A stretch of 64,000 nt of DNA from Eledone cirrhosa (Eukaryota), in assembly GCA_964016885.1 (NCBI GenBank), contig OZ024741.1:225680001-225744000 (forward strand), given 5' to 3'. The first letter of the stretch is position 1. Every line of letters starts with the position of its first letter. The translations under genes were made by a program, and so were the position numbers. Under the pieces are notes generated by a model that saw nothing but the letters and a program-made list of their open reading frames with translations, did no database searches and had not been told where the DNA came from. Positions 1 to 14,768 of this stretch are shown here, in pieces.

Positions 1-165
1 CTGTCTTCTAATTGTTCTTTAAGTTTAAGTTTAAGTCTATTGTCCCACCATACCATGAATAGGTTGGCTATGTCACCTGCAATGCTAACACCAATGGCTG
101 CTCCCTCCTCTTGGGCATATGTTTGTCCATTAAATTTGAACATATGTTCCTTAAGGGTTAATTTT
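1..165 (-). mobile_element. Penelope-like RT fragment, same family as 27167-27797, runs off window edge
   Basis: Minus-strand translation KLTLKEHMFKFNGQTYAQEEGAAIGVSIAGDIANLFMVWWDNRLKLKLKEQLED (RT motif Q..G.A.G); near-identical to 27690-27795. Confidence 0.75.
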
Positions 166-224
166 ATATATATATATAAGAAAAAGGATATTTAATTTGT
201 TTTTAATTCAACAAATATATATAT

Positions 225-365
225 TTATAACTGATTCGAAGCATTCTACAGGTTTTCTGGAGTATAATATCAATGATATTAATAAATGGAAACTATATTT
301 ATAAAACCATATTTATTCTATATAAATATGGTTTTATAAATATAGTTTCCATTTATTAATATCAT

Positions 366-370
<5 letters not shown>
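225..370. repeat. Short asymmetric palindrome of the HHR family seen at 60860-61245, truncated before the ribozyme core
   Basis: tatcaatgatattaataaatggaaactatatttataaaaccatattta is inverted at about 322-370 and abuts (TA)n; the left side carries the family tail. Confidence 0.7.
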
Positions 371-414
<44 letters not shown>

Positions 415-554
415 CAAAGATTAATATGGTTCATTGATTACTCAATGAATATAGTTTTACAATAGATTATAAGCACTCTGCAAAGAAGTTTTCTGGAGTT
501 ATTAATATTATTCAGAATATTAATAAATGAAGACATTCACATAATCAAAATATA

Positions 555-619
555 TATTTTATTATATATATTTCGAAGGTACTGTGCTGTTTTTCAGTAC
601 GTCCTCGTCAGATAAAATA
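555..619 (-). ncRNA. Minimal type I hammerhead ribozyme
   Basis: Minus strand: uauuuuau CUGACGA [stem II gtact/agtac] GAAA uauaua UA| auaaaaua; stem I is a perfect 8 bp. Confidence 0.75.
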
Positions 620-889
620 CATGAATTGATATATGACATACCTCAACGTTCTTGATGGTTCATTTCTAGTATTAGCAGTGATTTATTAAAAACAAATTTC
701 AACATTTATATACCACAAATAATAACATGATTAACTTAAATTCAATGAAGAAGAGTATGTGGAGTGAGAAATAGATATAAGGGGGGGGGGGGGGTGAATG
801 TGAGGAAATGCAAGAGGAAAATAAATAAATACATAATATTTAAATGCGTAAATATACTTATTAGGGAAGAAAGGGGGGGATAGAAGAGA

Positions 890-985
890 GAAGAAAGAAA
901 AAGAAAAAGAAGAAAAAGAAAAAGAAAAAGAAAAAGAAAAAGAAAAAGAAAAAGAAAAAGAAAAAGAAAAAGAAAAAGAAAGAAA
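890..985. repeat. (GAAAAA)n microsatellite
   Basis: Direct reading. Confidence 0.95.
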
Positions 986-2391
986 TAACAGCAAAAAATA
1001 AAGAAAGAGAAATAATGTGTGACCGTTGCTTCCAAATATTAAGTCAAATAGAAGCGTCCAATTAAATACCATGAAATGTTTTAATATCTTTTGTATTTGG
1101 TTATGTTTAAGCTATTTATACTAATATATTATATCAAAATTAACAATATAAAAATAATTTCTATAGCAATCAGAATCATAGTTTAATTAACTAATCTTTT
1201 CACTAAATATTTTGTTACAATATTCAAAAAACATTTTTATCTTTAAAGCAAGTTTAAATACCTATTAAATATGTATAAAGATATTTACTAAAACCCATGC
1301 ATATATCACAATCAGTATATATATTTTATAGTATGTTAAGCCATTTGTGAATTAGGGAGCCTCGCTCTTTGTCCGCAAATCCAAGTTCAGTCATACTTTG
1401 GTCCAAGCAGGTTGGTATATAACCCGTAGCTGTATGTATGTATGTATGTATGTATGTATGTATGTATGTATGCATGTATGTGTGTGTGTATGTGTATGTA
1501 TGTGTGTGTGTGAGAGTGTATTTGTGTGTGTGTGTGTGTGTGTGTGTGTATACATGTGTATGAAACAAATTCTAGCAGCTAGGAATATCTTTAACTTTTA
1601 ATAATTTCACTCTCATATCAGCTAATCTGTACGATTCAACTTTTAGAATTCCAGTATCTTAACATAGTTTTATAAAAGATATATTCTTTATTTGTAGATC
1701 TTTATAGCTATTTTTATTTCTATGTATAAATATATTATTCCAATTTATCTCCCCTTAATTCCATTAGCTTGCTACAGATGGTTATTTCCACTAAAATCCG
1801 ATTCAGTTCAGTCTCCAGGCGATTATATGTTATTTTTAGCCTTCTGTATATTCCCAATTAAACACGAATGTATTTTTTTAATATATTTTCAAATATCTCT
1901 TTATATAAGCATAAAATCGGTCGAATGTTTTTTAAGATGTCCCTCATTTATTTATATCCCAGTAAGACAATATTTGATTAATACCTTCACAAAATAATTC
2001 ATAATTTAATTATGACAAGTATCTCCCCTCTTACTTTATTCTACTTATTTTTACTTCTCTTCTCCCTTCCAACATTAATGAACCTTGGAATGGACTTTCG
2101 TCGATTTTGTTTCAGTTATTCGATCAATGGAAGAGGCATTCTAGTGATACGTAAAAATATAATGCAATTGGCAGGGAGATTTAGCCGGACAGTAAGTGGC
2201 AAGGATGGTCCATGAACTACAATGGGCCTCCAAATAATTTCTGTTTACCCAATTTCCCTTACAGGGATTGAGACAGCTCGAAGGTTTGGTAAATGATACT
2301 TGTCAAAGGTGACACGCCCTAGGATAGTACACAGGACCTTATGATTACAGAGCGAACTCCTACCATGCTTATAACTTTCAAAATGCACTAA

Positions 2392-2445
<54 letters not shown>

Positions 2446-2474
2446 ACTCTCTCTTTCTCTCTCTCTCCTTCTCC

Positions 2475-2541
<67 letters not shown>

Positions 2542-2668
2542 TTAGTTAAGCAAAACAAGACCACAAATTTCACAAGGAAGACATTATTAAAAGATTGTCA
2601 ACATATTTAGTTTGATGCAAAGAATGTAGAGAATAATAAAAATAATAATATTAATAATAATAATGCCC

Positions 2669-2788
2669 GTTTACAATTGTTTCGCTACTCCGTATAATAT
2701 TTCTGGATCAGATGACTATGTATCATAATTGATCTGGTTCAGTTGAAAATAATTAACATATTTAAAAAACAGAGTGGCTCATCGGAAC
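2669..2788 (-). ncRNA. Hammerhead ribozyme in Penelope 3' pLTR (U4C core, long stem II insertion)
   Basis: guu CCGAUGA gccacucugu...acggaguagc GAAA caauug UA| aac; stem III is the palindrome caattg. Confidence 0.65.
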
Positions 2789-3155
2789 TCAAAGGAATAT
2801 AAATTAAAATAATGTTACATAATATAATGTTCCATATATTAGTTTTTACTATGGTGCCTTTGTTTCATCAGCTGTCAGCCATAATCAAGCAGTACTCATC
2901 TGTCGAGGCTGCATTGTGTGAGATCTACCTATGGGTAACAAGATGGCTGCCAAAGGGCATATTTACCTTACTAATTAGAGGGTGGTTTCAGGGGAAGTAA
3001 CTTCTCGAGAGATTAGAGATTGTGTGTATTTTATAGTTAAGCGCTAGCATTTAAATTATTTAATTGAGAGACAATGTAGGGGAGGTAACTTATAATTATC
3101 GAGTTGTTCATAGCAATTTAACTTATTAGCTACAATTATTGATGGGGCTACATGA

Positions 3156-5300
3156 CTAAGTTGGGTCAAAAACTCTATTGGCGAAGGAATTAGCCCTTCA
3201 ATGTTGACAGCTAATGGTTACCTCAGTTCTATCGTTAATTGGTAGAGGTCTTGATAGAGTTATGTAATACGCTTTCGTAACACAGAGATCACAAGATTTC
3301 CTTCGTCCATTGAACGGTTGTGCCCTAGCTACGATATCCCATTTTAGTGATTGTTGAACGTTGTTTAATTTAAGGTTTTTAATGAGCCTAGCTAGCGATG
3401 TCGAACATCTGTTGCTAGGATCTCGGAAGGAAAAAGAGTGCGCGTTATAGCGTACCTTAAAAGGGTTAGAGGTAGACCCGATGTAAGAGCTGGTATTCGA
3501 AGCAGTCTCAACTGTGCACCTATAGACTATGTTGGGTGTCAGGCAGTGTCCATTTAATGGGCATGCATTGGGGTAGCGGCAGTTGCAGTTGCTTCTGCGG
3601 TTAGTGAGAGTAGGGTTATTTAACCTAAGCAGTTGGTCCGTGCTAGAAGGATTAGATGGGGGAGGTGTGCTACTAGAGTAATTATTGGTGTAGTGGCGTG
3701 GTGTATTTGATAGGAGTGGTGGTACCGCGGTGTGGGAGTTATAGTGTCTTAGCTTATGATGGTTACTGAACGCGATGTGGCTAACTAGGTTAGGTGTAGT
3801 GGAGAATGAGATTTTAATGTTGTTTTTAGTAAAGAGTTTGTAATATCTATGGTTAGGGGGGAAGTGTTTGGATAGGATAGAGAAGCGATTGGGGATATTA
3901 GTGGCTAGATTAGATGAGAATGGTGGGTTAAGCTAGGTGATATTTCTAGGCCTATTCTTTCTAGGGGTTCTAGTGGAGTTGGTAGGGGCCTTCCTAGGGT
4001 TATTATTACCTGGGGGTTTGTTATTTGTCATCCTATTTCTCATTCCTATTCTAGGGTTGATTCTTAGTTTGCTACTAGGAGTGGGGAGCAGGCCGCTGCC
4101 ACCATTAAAGTTCCCAGTATAGGTGCTGTTACTGCTAAAATTCCGGCGAATCTGGCTATATGCTAAGGTATTACTAGTTCTAGTGTTAATTTTATTATGG
4201 TGAGTTGCTGTGTTATGGCATTTTGGTATGTAATAAATTGATTGTTTATAACCAGATTCAGAGAGAGCCTTATTATAATATTGTGCGTGGTTTATAAATA
4301 TCTCTTCATTTGCTGATAGCATTGAGATCCTATAGGAGATAGATTTGATTACTGCTCTGATGACTGCTGGTGGGTGGTTAGAGTGTGAGCTAATATATGT
4401 GAGTATTTCGCCTGGTTTATGGTAAGGGTTATAAAGGTTATTGTTGAGATCAAGGGTGACGTCTAGGAAGTTTACTACTTTATGGTTCAGCTCGATGGTG
4501 ATAGAGAGACCGTTATTTTTGAAGAATCTATGAAGTTGTTTCTTAAGCAAATCGATTCCCCGATTAGTGCAATTGTGGACTGCAAATAGGGCGTCGTCCC
4601 TGTATATTCCACCTTGCATGGGTTGTATTTCGGCTCTGATGTTACGTAATAGGTAAATCCCAACTAAAGCGGTGACTTGCGCGGAATCGCTTGAGCCCAT
4701 CGTAATGTCAAAGTTATCTGTTCTATCTTTTCTAGACCAGAGTGCTCCGTTGAATTCAATGATAGTCTGCCTAGCCATGAGTATGATGTTAATCTCATTA
4801 TTGGTTATGTCCGAGTTGGTGGTTGCTAGGGCTAGTGCTTTGTTGAGCAGTTCCTGGGTTATTGACGCGTAATAGCTGTCTATATCAAATTGGATGAACC
4901 TCATAGATTACTTGGACCTTAGATCGGAGAACCATCTGATGACTTGGCCGGTGTTGGACCACAACTTGTAGGTGGTATTATCCCGTAGCCCAGGGATTAT
5001 CCTATCAAGGATGTTCTTACTGATGCGGCCCAGGTCAGATGTGGTTGGGCTTATGAGGCTAATGGATGGGTTCTCTATAAAGTTTGGCTTGTGGTCCTTG
5101 AGAGAGAACCTTGGGGTTGTTGGTACATAAGGGTGGGTAAATCTATCCAAATGCAAGTCCTTAACCAAAGCCTGGGCTTTTCGGTTAAGTACGTTTACAG
5201 TTGAGGGTGTAGTTTTTTAATAGTTTTTGTTGAGTTCTTTAAGAAGGAAAGAGTTGTAAATTTCAGGAGTCATGGTGTATAGATTTTTGGTTTTGTCAGA
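3156..5300 (-). pseudogene. Penelope-like RT and GIY-YIG endonuclease frame with in-frame stops
   Basis: One frame throughout: SDKTKNLY, FIQFDIDSYYASI, MGSSDSA, GIYRDD, VNFLDVTLDL, PYHKP, SNHPP, *LNPPFS, CNCRYPNACPLNGHC, IVY..YIGST..FKVRY..H, CDLC. Stops near 5218, 4908, 3933 and 3198; no frameshift seen. Confidence 0.9.
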
Positions 5301-5628
5301 CGCGAAACAATTGTAAACGGGCATTATTATTATTAATATTATTATTTTTATTATTCTCTACATTCTTTGCATCAAACTAAATATGTTGACAATCTTTTAA
5401 TAATGTCTTCCTTGTGAAATTTGTGGTCTTGTTTTGCTTAACTAATGAATATTTCCAGCTCTGCGCACCTAACCACTGCATGAACCCAGCCACCTAGCTC
5501 CTTTCTACTGCATATTGCACATTGAGCACATGCCTTTACGCTTTGGCTTCTAACTAACTCACCAATCTTTCCTCTCATATCTCCTCTACTATCTCAATCT
5601 CTCTCTTTAAGATTGGTTACTCTTGAAT

Positions 5629-5720
<92 letters not shown>

Positions 5721-5814
5721 AAGTATTTCCGAAGAAAAAGCAAAGAAAAAAGAGTGCGCTATGTATGATACAGAACTAGTTAATTAGTAAGTGAACAACG
5801 CAATATATAACTAC

Positions 5815-5880
5815 TCCATTACCAAAGGTTTCAGGACCCTAGACAATATTAACATACGTCTAGTTCGCTCATCAGATGAA
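5815..5880 (-). ncRNA. Type I hammerhead ribozyme
   Basis: uucau CUGAUGA [stem II ctagac/gtctag] GAAA cc-uuu-gg UA| augga. Confidence 0.7.
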
Positions 5881-5922
5881 ATATATGAAAATATGTTTAT
5901 ATATATATATATATATATATAT

Positions 5923-6042
5923 AGGAAAAGAGTCAGGACCCAGACGGGTGAGCTCCGGCCTTTTCCCCTCTCTAATACCCTAAGTATCGAATACTCTGGT
6001 GCGCTATGGTCCACCTGGTTCCTTACCACACTTCCTTCGTTT
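5923..6042. repeat. Degenerate copy of the HHR family at 9291-9478 and 56277-56470
   Basis: Shares the tail ccctaagtat..atggtccacctggttccttaccaca..tccttcgtt, with a short inverted piece on the left, between (TA)n tracts. Confidence 0.7.
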
Positions 6043-6059
6043 ATATATATATATATATT

Positions 6060-6157
<98 letters not shown>

Positions 6158-6369
6158 CATGTATATATATGTATATATGTATATATATACATGTATATAT
6201 ATGTATATATGTATATATATACATGTATATATATGTATATATATATATACATGTATATATATATATATGTATATGTATGTATATATATATATATGTATAT
6301 ATATATGTATGTATATATGTATATATGAATATATATATATGTATATATATATATGAATATATATATATA

Positions 6370-6590
6370 GTGAAGGCGTGTGGCTGAGTGGTAAGAGAAT
6401 TGGATTCACAATCTTGAGATTGTGAGTTCGATTCCTGGACCGGGCGATGCGTTATGTCCTTGAGCAAGACACTTTATTTCACGTTGCTCCTTCTACCTGG
6501 AGTTGCGACCGATAGATAGTATTAGCAATTGGAAAGACCGACGGAAACATTGTTTCCTCGGTCCGATTTGACGAAAGTCGATCGATCCTT
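6370..6590 (+). mobile_element. tRNA-derived CORE-type SINE
   Basis: A box tggctgagtgg, B box gttcgattcc, CORE-like gtccttgagcaagacactt; related inverted copy at 13135-13340. Confidence 0.75.
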
Positions 6591-6698
6591 TATATATATA
6601 TATGTATATATATATATGTATATATATATATGAATATATATATATATGTATGTATATATATATGTATATATATATGTATATATATATATATATGTATG

Positions 6699-6744
<46 letters not shown>

Positions 6745-6760
6745 CATACATATATATATA

Positions 6761-7373
6761 TGGTGTCAGGTCACCACTTGGTGCTACTGGTAACATGTAT
6801 CCCAGTACAACCTGTCTCATGGTCGGGTCGTTGGCGACTAAACTGGCAACCCCACCAAGGTTTCTTGGTGAGGAGGGTGATTTTGGACATCCTGCAGGAC
6901 TAAAAACAAAACCTGTCAAAGGGCTAAGGAGCTCTTAAGAGTCAATGGCCATCCAAAATCACCGGGAGAGATGACCCCTTAGCCTTTGTCAAGGCAGAAT
7001 TCTAGGAGAAGGAAAACTCTGATATAACACCTGCAACCCTGATGGTATCCAATGATGTTGACTTGTTCTTCTTTTTGGTAAATATCATCTTGGTTAAGAG
7101 AGTGGGACTGGCTTTGTGCAGTGCCTTTGCTCACTATAAAAGCTTCACGGCACAGGCATTGCTTTATATCTGGAGATCTCTCTGCACTTGTCCTCACATG
7201 GTACCATGGGCCCAGCACTATGTGTCAATAATTGTCACAAGTGTAGTGTTTGTACCAGAGTTTTCAAGTCGCTGGCTGGACTAAAAAGTCACACTCGTTC
7301 AGCGCATTGGTAGGAGTTCTCCTACATGGATATAAAGTAGTGGCCGTACTCGAAAACGAGTTGGCAGCCACCA
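6761..7373. mobile_element. Unclassified ~610-bp interspersed repeat, copy 1
   Basis: Near-identical inverted copy at 31269-31878; both are flanked by TA/CATA microsatellites. Confidence 0.85.
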
Positions 7374-7463
7374 TATATATATATATGTATATATATATAT
7401 GTATGTATATATATATGGATGTATATATATATGTATATTTATATATATGTATATATATATGTG

Positions 7464-7498
<35 letters not shown>

Positions 7499-7633
7499 GT
7501 ATATATATATGCATATATATATATGTATATATATGTATATATATATATAAGTATTGAAGTTTCCGTTGAAAACTGATAAGTCATAGGAGTGAAGAGCAAA
7601 ATTTAATGTATAATAAACAATACAATATAATTA

Positions 7634-7701
7634 CCTCATTACCAGAGGTTTCCCGAATATGACGAATACGAAAAACGTCCTCATTCGTTCGTCGGACAAG
7701 G
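7634..7701 (-). ncRNA. Hammerhead-like motif (U4C core), related to 5815-5880
   Basis: ccuugu CCGACGA ... GAAA cc-ucu-gg UA| augagg. Confidence 0.55.
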
Positions 7702-9290
7702 CAATTTAAAAGATAGTAAAATATTTGAAAAGTCTCCTCAAGAAATGCAAGAGTTTAACGGGCAAAACATATATAAGTAAAAGGATTGCAAGAGATATAT
7801 AAAAAAAGAAGGAAATGTAGTTAGAGTATGTGTATATGTATGTATATACACTCACAAATGTACATATGTGTGTATGTACAAACTATGTGTATGGTGAAAA
7901 TGTGTGCGTAAGTACATATATGAGGGCAAGTATATTTGTGTATATGTGACCACAAATACGTATATAATATGAGTTGAAAAAGAAATTGTAAGATAATATA
8001 GTTAACACGCATCCAGATACAGGTATTAAATACACATACGAGTATGAAATCACACGTATAAACACACACACACGCGGCGGTCACTTATATGCGGAAGATA
8101 AAGAGGGAAGGGAGTGTAATGGTAAAAAGAAGTGTCATTCTCGATATATGTATAAAAATGAAACAATATATGAGAATGAAAAAAATTTCTAAATCAAAGA
8201 GAAAGTAATCAATTAACACTAGAGAAAAGAAAACAAACATAGGTACGCACGTACACGCATATATATATATATAAAAAATATTTATACAAACAAATACGTA
8301 CAGACAAAAGCGCATGCATGTATACATACATACACACGAAGCACGTATATATATATATATCGCCACATATATATCTAATCACACGTACGTACGCGACTAT
8401 ATATGTATATACATATATACATACACACCCATACATACATATACATATACACACATATACATACAAATACACATACATTCACCCGCATACACACACACGT
8501 ATAAATAAGTATGTAAAACACATAGATATGAAAACACACATACACACACATATATATAAGTACGCACGCACACATACGGAGGCGTTCGTATACATATACA
8601 GAACATATACACACACACATAGATACATATTATAAACCAGCTGTATGAATAAATGAGTACAAATATAAAATCGGCTGCGAAACAACAGAATATATCTGGA
8701 GTGGAAAACGCAAGTGACATGTGATATCAGGTAGTGAAAGAAAATGGGGAAGTAACTATTTCGTGGTAGTTTCTTTAGTATTTTGCCCCCCCCCCCCCCT
8801 CGTTGACCCGTCACCGTATGATATACGTACTTATACCTCTTAAAAGGGTCCATTCTTACTCCGTCCCACCTAGTTTATTTATTTATTATTTTATTTTTTT
8901 ATTTATTTATTTATTTATTCATTTATTTATTTATTTATTCATTTCTTTAGCCTAGCAATAGCGAGAGACTTAGGTCGTAGAAATTGCTTATTTTTTTCTC
9001 TACATTTATTCGCTTTTTATCACTCTCAGTATTTTTTTTATATATATTTACCCTTTATTGTTCTACTTACCGTTTCGACTTCCTTCCCCTCCCCCTCCCT
9101 AGTATCTTCTTTGACCTCACGCCCAGCTGTAGCCGGCACTACCAACGCATGAATGCGTCTACCCCACCCCCTCCCCTTCTTCTCCTACTGGCAGGTTTAG
9201 CTACCCCTTCCCCCACTAATTTGCCATCACAGAATTACTACTAACTTGTGACCAATCCTTGTGACAATCACATTGACCATATATGGAATT

Positions 9291-9384
9291 ACCCCTCGAG
9301 AAGCTCGGCTATTTAAATACCAGGATACATTTTCATTTAGTCCATAATTAGCCGTCTAAACGGCTTGAGCTCAGCCGTCGGGGT
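9291..9384 (+). ncRNA. Hammerhead ribozyme with U3-A8 and U4C core; G12 mutated in this copy
   Basis: acccc UCGAGAA ..cggcua...uagccg.. (U)AAA cggcu-ugagcuc-agccg UC| ggggu; the copy at 56418-56470 has intact GAAA. Confidence 0.6.
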
Positions 9385-9475
9385 CTTACTGGTTCCTATT
9401 ACCCACTCTACTACCCTAAGTATTGAGTACTTTGGTGCGTTATGGTCCACCTGGTTCCTTACCACATTTCCTTCG

Positions 9476-9575
<100 letters not shown>

Positions 9576-9596
9576 GTATATATATATGTATATATG

Positions 9597-9644
<48 letters not shown>

Positions 9645-9659
9645 CACATGTCTATACAT

Positions 9660-11058
<1,399 letters not shown>

Positions 11059-11060
11059 TT

Positions 11061-11115
<55 letters not shown>

Positions 11116-11216
11116 GTAAATCAAAATGGATGCTGTAAAAAACCATGATAACATACACCACCAGGTCCATTAGAGATCCTTTGCGGTATTAATTTTGGTT
11201 CTTTGCATTCTGAATT

Positions 11217-11291
<75 letters not shown>

Positions 11292-11436
11292 CACACACAC
11301 AAAAACAAACACTCTCTCTTTCTCTCTGCCTCTGTCTCCCCCTCTTTGTATATGTGTGCATGTGTATGTTTAAGGAAATAACTGAAATTTGGTGTTAATA
11401 GATAGAAACGTGACAAAAACTAACTGAGCCACTTAC

Positions 11437-11532
11437 CACATTGACTTGAGCAGTTGCATAAATCAACAGAACTGTTGTGATAATGGTGAACAAACGGAGG
11501 GTGGAGGACTTGCGGATATCAAACGTTGTACA
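11437..11532 (-). CDS. Adenylate cyclase exon (M2 transmembrane): CTTFDIRKSSTLRLFTIITTVLLIYATAQVNV
   Basis: Acceptor tatttcag, donor gtaagt, 96 nt phase 0-0, hydrophobic helix continuing the preceding exons. Confidence 0.88.
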
Positions 11533-11934
11533 CTGAAATAACAACAACAACAATAATGATAATAATAAGAGAGTAACAACAACCCTAAGAATAACAATAG
11601 GAACAATAAAATCTGTCGTAATGGTATTAATGATGGTCACAACACACATCAACATAACATCACCTAGAAGATGAGACAGTGAAGGTTTAAGAAATGTTGA
11701 TAAAAGGTTGAAGAACATTTCTATTCGAAATATATTAACCAATATGACTAAAAATTGGATTAAGAAAATAAACTAAGGCACAGCCGTGTTTTCATTACAA
11801 CTCACACACACAAATACACTCAAGTGCGCACAGACACATATATACAGAGAATGACACACACATCGTTATTATATTGAGTACACAAAACCAGATGGTGTAG
11901 GAAAGAACAAAAGAGAGACACAAAATAACAACAA

Positions 11935-12170
11935 AAGTAATTATTGAGGAGGTCACAGAATGTGTGACGAAAGAACTTTAATGACAATCAACAACTAAAC
12001 ACCCATCCGATTCTTAAGCTAACCGACTGGCAAATTATAATAGTAAATTGAAGTGAAAACCAACAAGTCTGTGTGTTTTTATTGGCAGCATGAGACTCCC
12101 AAAGTATAATAATATGTTTCAACACACGTTTTCAGATAAAAACATCTTGCGCTCCAAATACAAAAACGAA
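11935..12170 (+). repeat. Degenerate copy of the HHR family at 23795-24285
   Basis: ggtcacagaatgtgtgacgaaagaacttt...ctcccaaagtataa plus shared tail; another copy at about 52535-52800. Confidence 0.7.
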
Positions 12171-13134
12171 GTGTGTGTGTATATATATATATATGTGTAT
12201 GTATGCATGCGTGCCTTTGTATAATATGTATGTGTATAATCTACTTTATTTCTTAACCCGAGGAAGTTAACTCTTTCTATGAACGTGAATAAGATAACAT
12301 TCTATTTTTATAAGAAATAATTTAGTTTTCCAGAATTTTCGTTTCTTTACAGCCTTAATAACTTGTATGCCTGCGCATGCGTCAAAGCGTACATATATGT
12401 TTAGGTAGGTGCATATATGTGTGTGGGAGGTATGTCAGACTATCTATGCGGATGAATGTGTTCAATCCAATAAATGAATTTCCCAAAATATACGCCAAGA
12501 TCCATCGATTCCTGAAATCAGATTTCTAAGATATTATTAAATTTCCTTTGATATGGATTGAGGAAAATATATTCCTTTTTCTGATTATTTTTGGTTTCTT
12601 TATAACATAAAATATGGTCAATTCTTATTTCAATATAATGTGCTTAATCTGTGGATAATCACATGCTCATACTTAAATAGTGGAGTTTGTGAGTTCCGAT
12701 AAGTTCCTAGGTTGTGGCGAGTAGAGGAATCTGGCGTTTTAGGAATGACTGCGAAAAAATACGTTTTCTTTTCTCTCTCAGACAAATAGTCACTCCCATT
12801 ATATCTATTCAAATACAACAACTTCAGAATATAACTTTTGACGATGTAGACCACTACTAGTTTCCTTGTGTCGGATTTAAAATGTATTTAAATATATTCC
12901 GGTAGGTTTTGAGAACAAACAAAACTGGAATAAAGCTTGCCCTGAACTACAAACTAATGTCTTTGCTTAAAATAAAAAATTAATTATAAAAAAAGGAGAA
13001 ATGTGAGGATCCCAAACGCAGAAAATAATTGCAATAACAGTCGATCCCTATAGTTAATAGCTGAGAAAATCGGGTTAATTAACCATAGATGCCGAAAAAT
13101 GTCAGTTGGGGCATTTTCTCAGTTATTATCTATC

Positions 13135-13340
13135 GACAGTCGATCGACTTTCGGGGTATCGGACCGAGGAAACAATGTTTCCATTTGTCTTTCTAATACT
13201 ATCAATCGGTCGCAACTCCAGGAAGAAGGAACAACGTGAAATAAAGTGCCTTGTCCAAGGACACAGCGTATCACCCAATCCAGAAATCTAACTCACAACC
13301 TCACAATTGCGAATCCAATTCTCTAACCACTCAGCCATAC
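13135..13340 (-). mobile_element. tRNA-derived CORE-type SINE
   Basis: Reverse complement resembles 6370-6590 (gtccttggacaaggcactttatttcacgttg). Confidence 0.7.
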
Positions 13341-14683
13341 AACTTCACTTTATTATCTATATTGATCAATATTAAAGTTATTTTATGCGTTTCAGATTCT
13401 TGTATTTCCAGCTTTTCAAAGTTCAAACTCTCAGTAATTAGATGATTAATAAGGTTTAAATAAAAGTAATACGAATGTTTTGTGTTGAATTTTTCTCGGC
13501 ATCTGGTAAATAATTCTTGTTCCGTGAAGAATATGAGAGATAAATCACTTCCCAAATAAGAGGCCAATCTATCAATCTGTCATTAATAGCATTCCTTGGT
13601 AGTTTAGGCAACGAAGGCGGTTGATAAATAAAGTGTTATACGTAGAAACACTAAACAACGTTTATATTTGAACTCACGATGTGCGTGTCGATAGATCAAT
13701 GTGCGAGTGATTTAGTTAGTTACGAAATTCATTATCTCGTGTTTCGATGTATTTCAAAGCTTATTTTTTGGTGAGGTGTTCTAAGATTTGACACATTCTA
13801 AGTCAAGTACCGAGCCAGCGAATTGGCAGATTCGTTAGAACGTCTGAAAGAATGGTTGCTGTATTCGCTCCAGCTATTCACACTCTGAGTTCAACAACGT
13901 TGCCTCTTATCTTTTGAGGTCGATAAAAGAGTGCTATTCCAGTACTGGGATTGATTCTACTATTTCTCTCCCCATTCACTCTCTCACTCTCTGGAGGAAA
14001 TGGACTGTGTTCAGACCTGGGGAGAGGATGGGCTCTGCTAGGTTTAAGATGCGATGTATATCATGTTATAGTTTAATGATATACATATACAAGTTAAGTT
14101 GTATGATGATTGAGTCAAATCAGTTCCGTCTCAAGTGTTCTAGTACCAGAGGAGAATTTGATCGCGCCGTTGCTGATTTGATGATTAGGTCAATCTACTT
14201 TACACATTTTCCATCCGGCACTAACGAAGATGCCGCTATTCGAAGTAAAAGCACCGTCTAATATTGTATAAACGACGCCTCGTAGCTAATTTCCAATCTT
14301 GATTCAATCAAACATACTGTACCGTTGTCGTCATATTGCGCTCGGGAAAGTGATGAATATCACGTAATCTCATACCCTGTGCTTAAACTGAAAACTTCCT
14401 TCGGTTTGTTTTGAATTCTGAGAAACGATGTATCAAGTTTATGTGAATACTGGTTCCTTTTGATTTACCATACTTTTTAGGTGAGAGGAAATAGGATATT
14501 TATAAAGCCAATATATAATTTATGTATCACTTTTATATATTCGACCTCACGTTTGAAGATCTTTTAATTGAAACAAATCAATAAACGCTCAACGTTTTAA
14601 ATATTTTGACATTTAGATAGAGATATTGCTAAAATACTCGAAACTGAAATCTGCAGTGAATATTTCAAATGAATCAATGTTAC

Positions 14684-14768
14684 CTTTAATTTAACGCTGA
14701 GAATCAGAATTAAGATAATAGCAATCCAGGAGAAGGCAGCTAGAAACAACAGTAACAGCAGAAACGTC
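14684..14768 (-). CDS. Adenylate cyclase exon: (R)TFLLLLLFLAAFSWIAIILILILSVKLK
   Basis: Acceptor ttttctttgcag, donor gtaac, 85 nt phase 2-0, transmembrane helix; absent from the ORF track. Confidence 0.88.

Larger units (their letters stand above)
2536..5630 (-). mobile_element. 5'-truncated Penelope-like element (probably Naiad clade) with inverted pLTR copy, flanked by (TA)n
   Basis: RT plus GIY-YIG reading frame 3156-5300; 3' region 2536-2686 repeated in inverted orientation at about 5303-5452, followed by about 180 bp of extra tail; (TA)n on both sides. Confidence 0.9.

Noticed and set aside
1326-1435. TGYIPTCLDQSMTELGFADKERGSLIHKW as a downstream exon
   Set aside because: No cyclase similarity or convincing splice sites.
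3156-3620. Selenoprotein coding in the first Penelope element
   Set aside because: Conserved Cys codons are TGC/TGT; the TGA near 3198 follows CQH and is better explained as CGA to TGA.
6370-6450. tRNA gene calls at SINE heads (also 52188, 51690)
   Set aside because: A and B boxes continue into SINE bodies; no complete cloverleaf.
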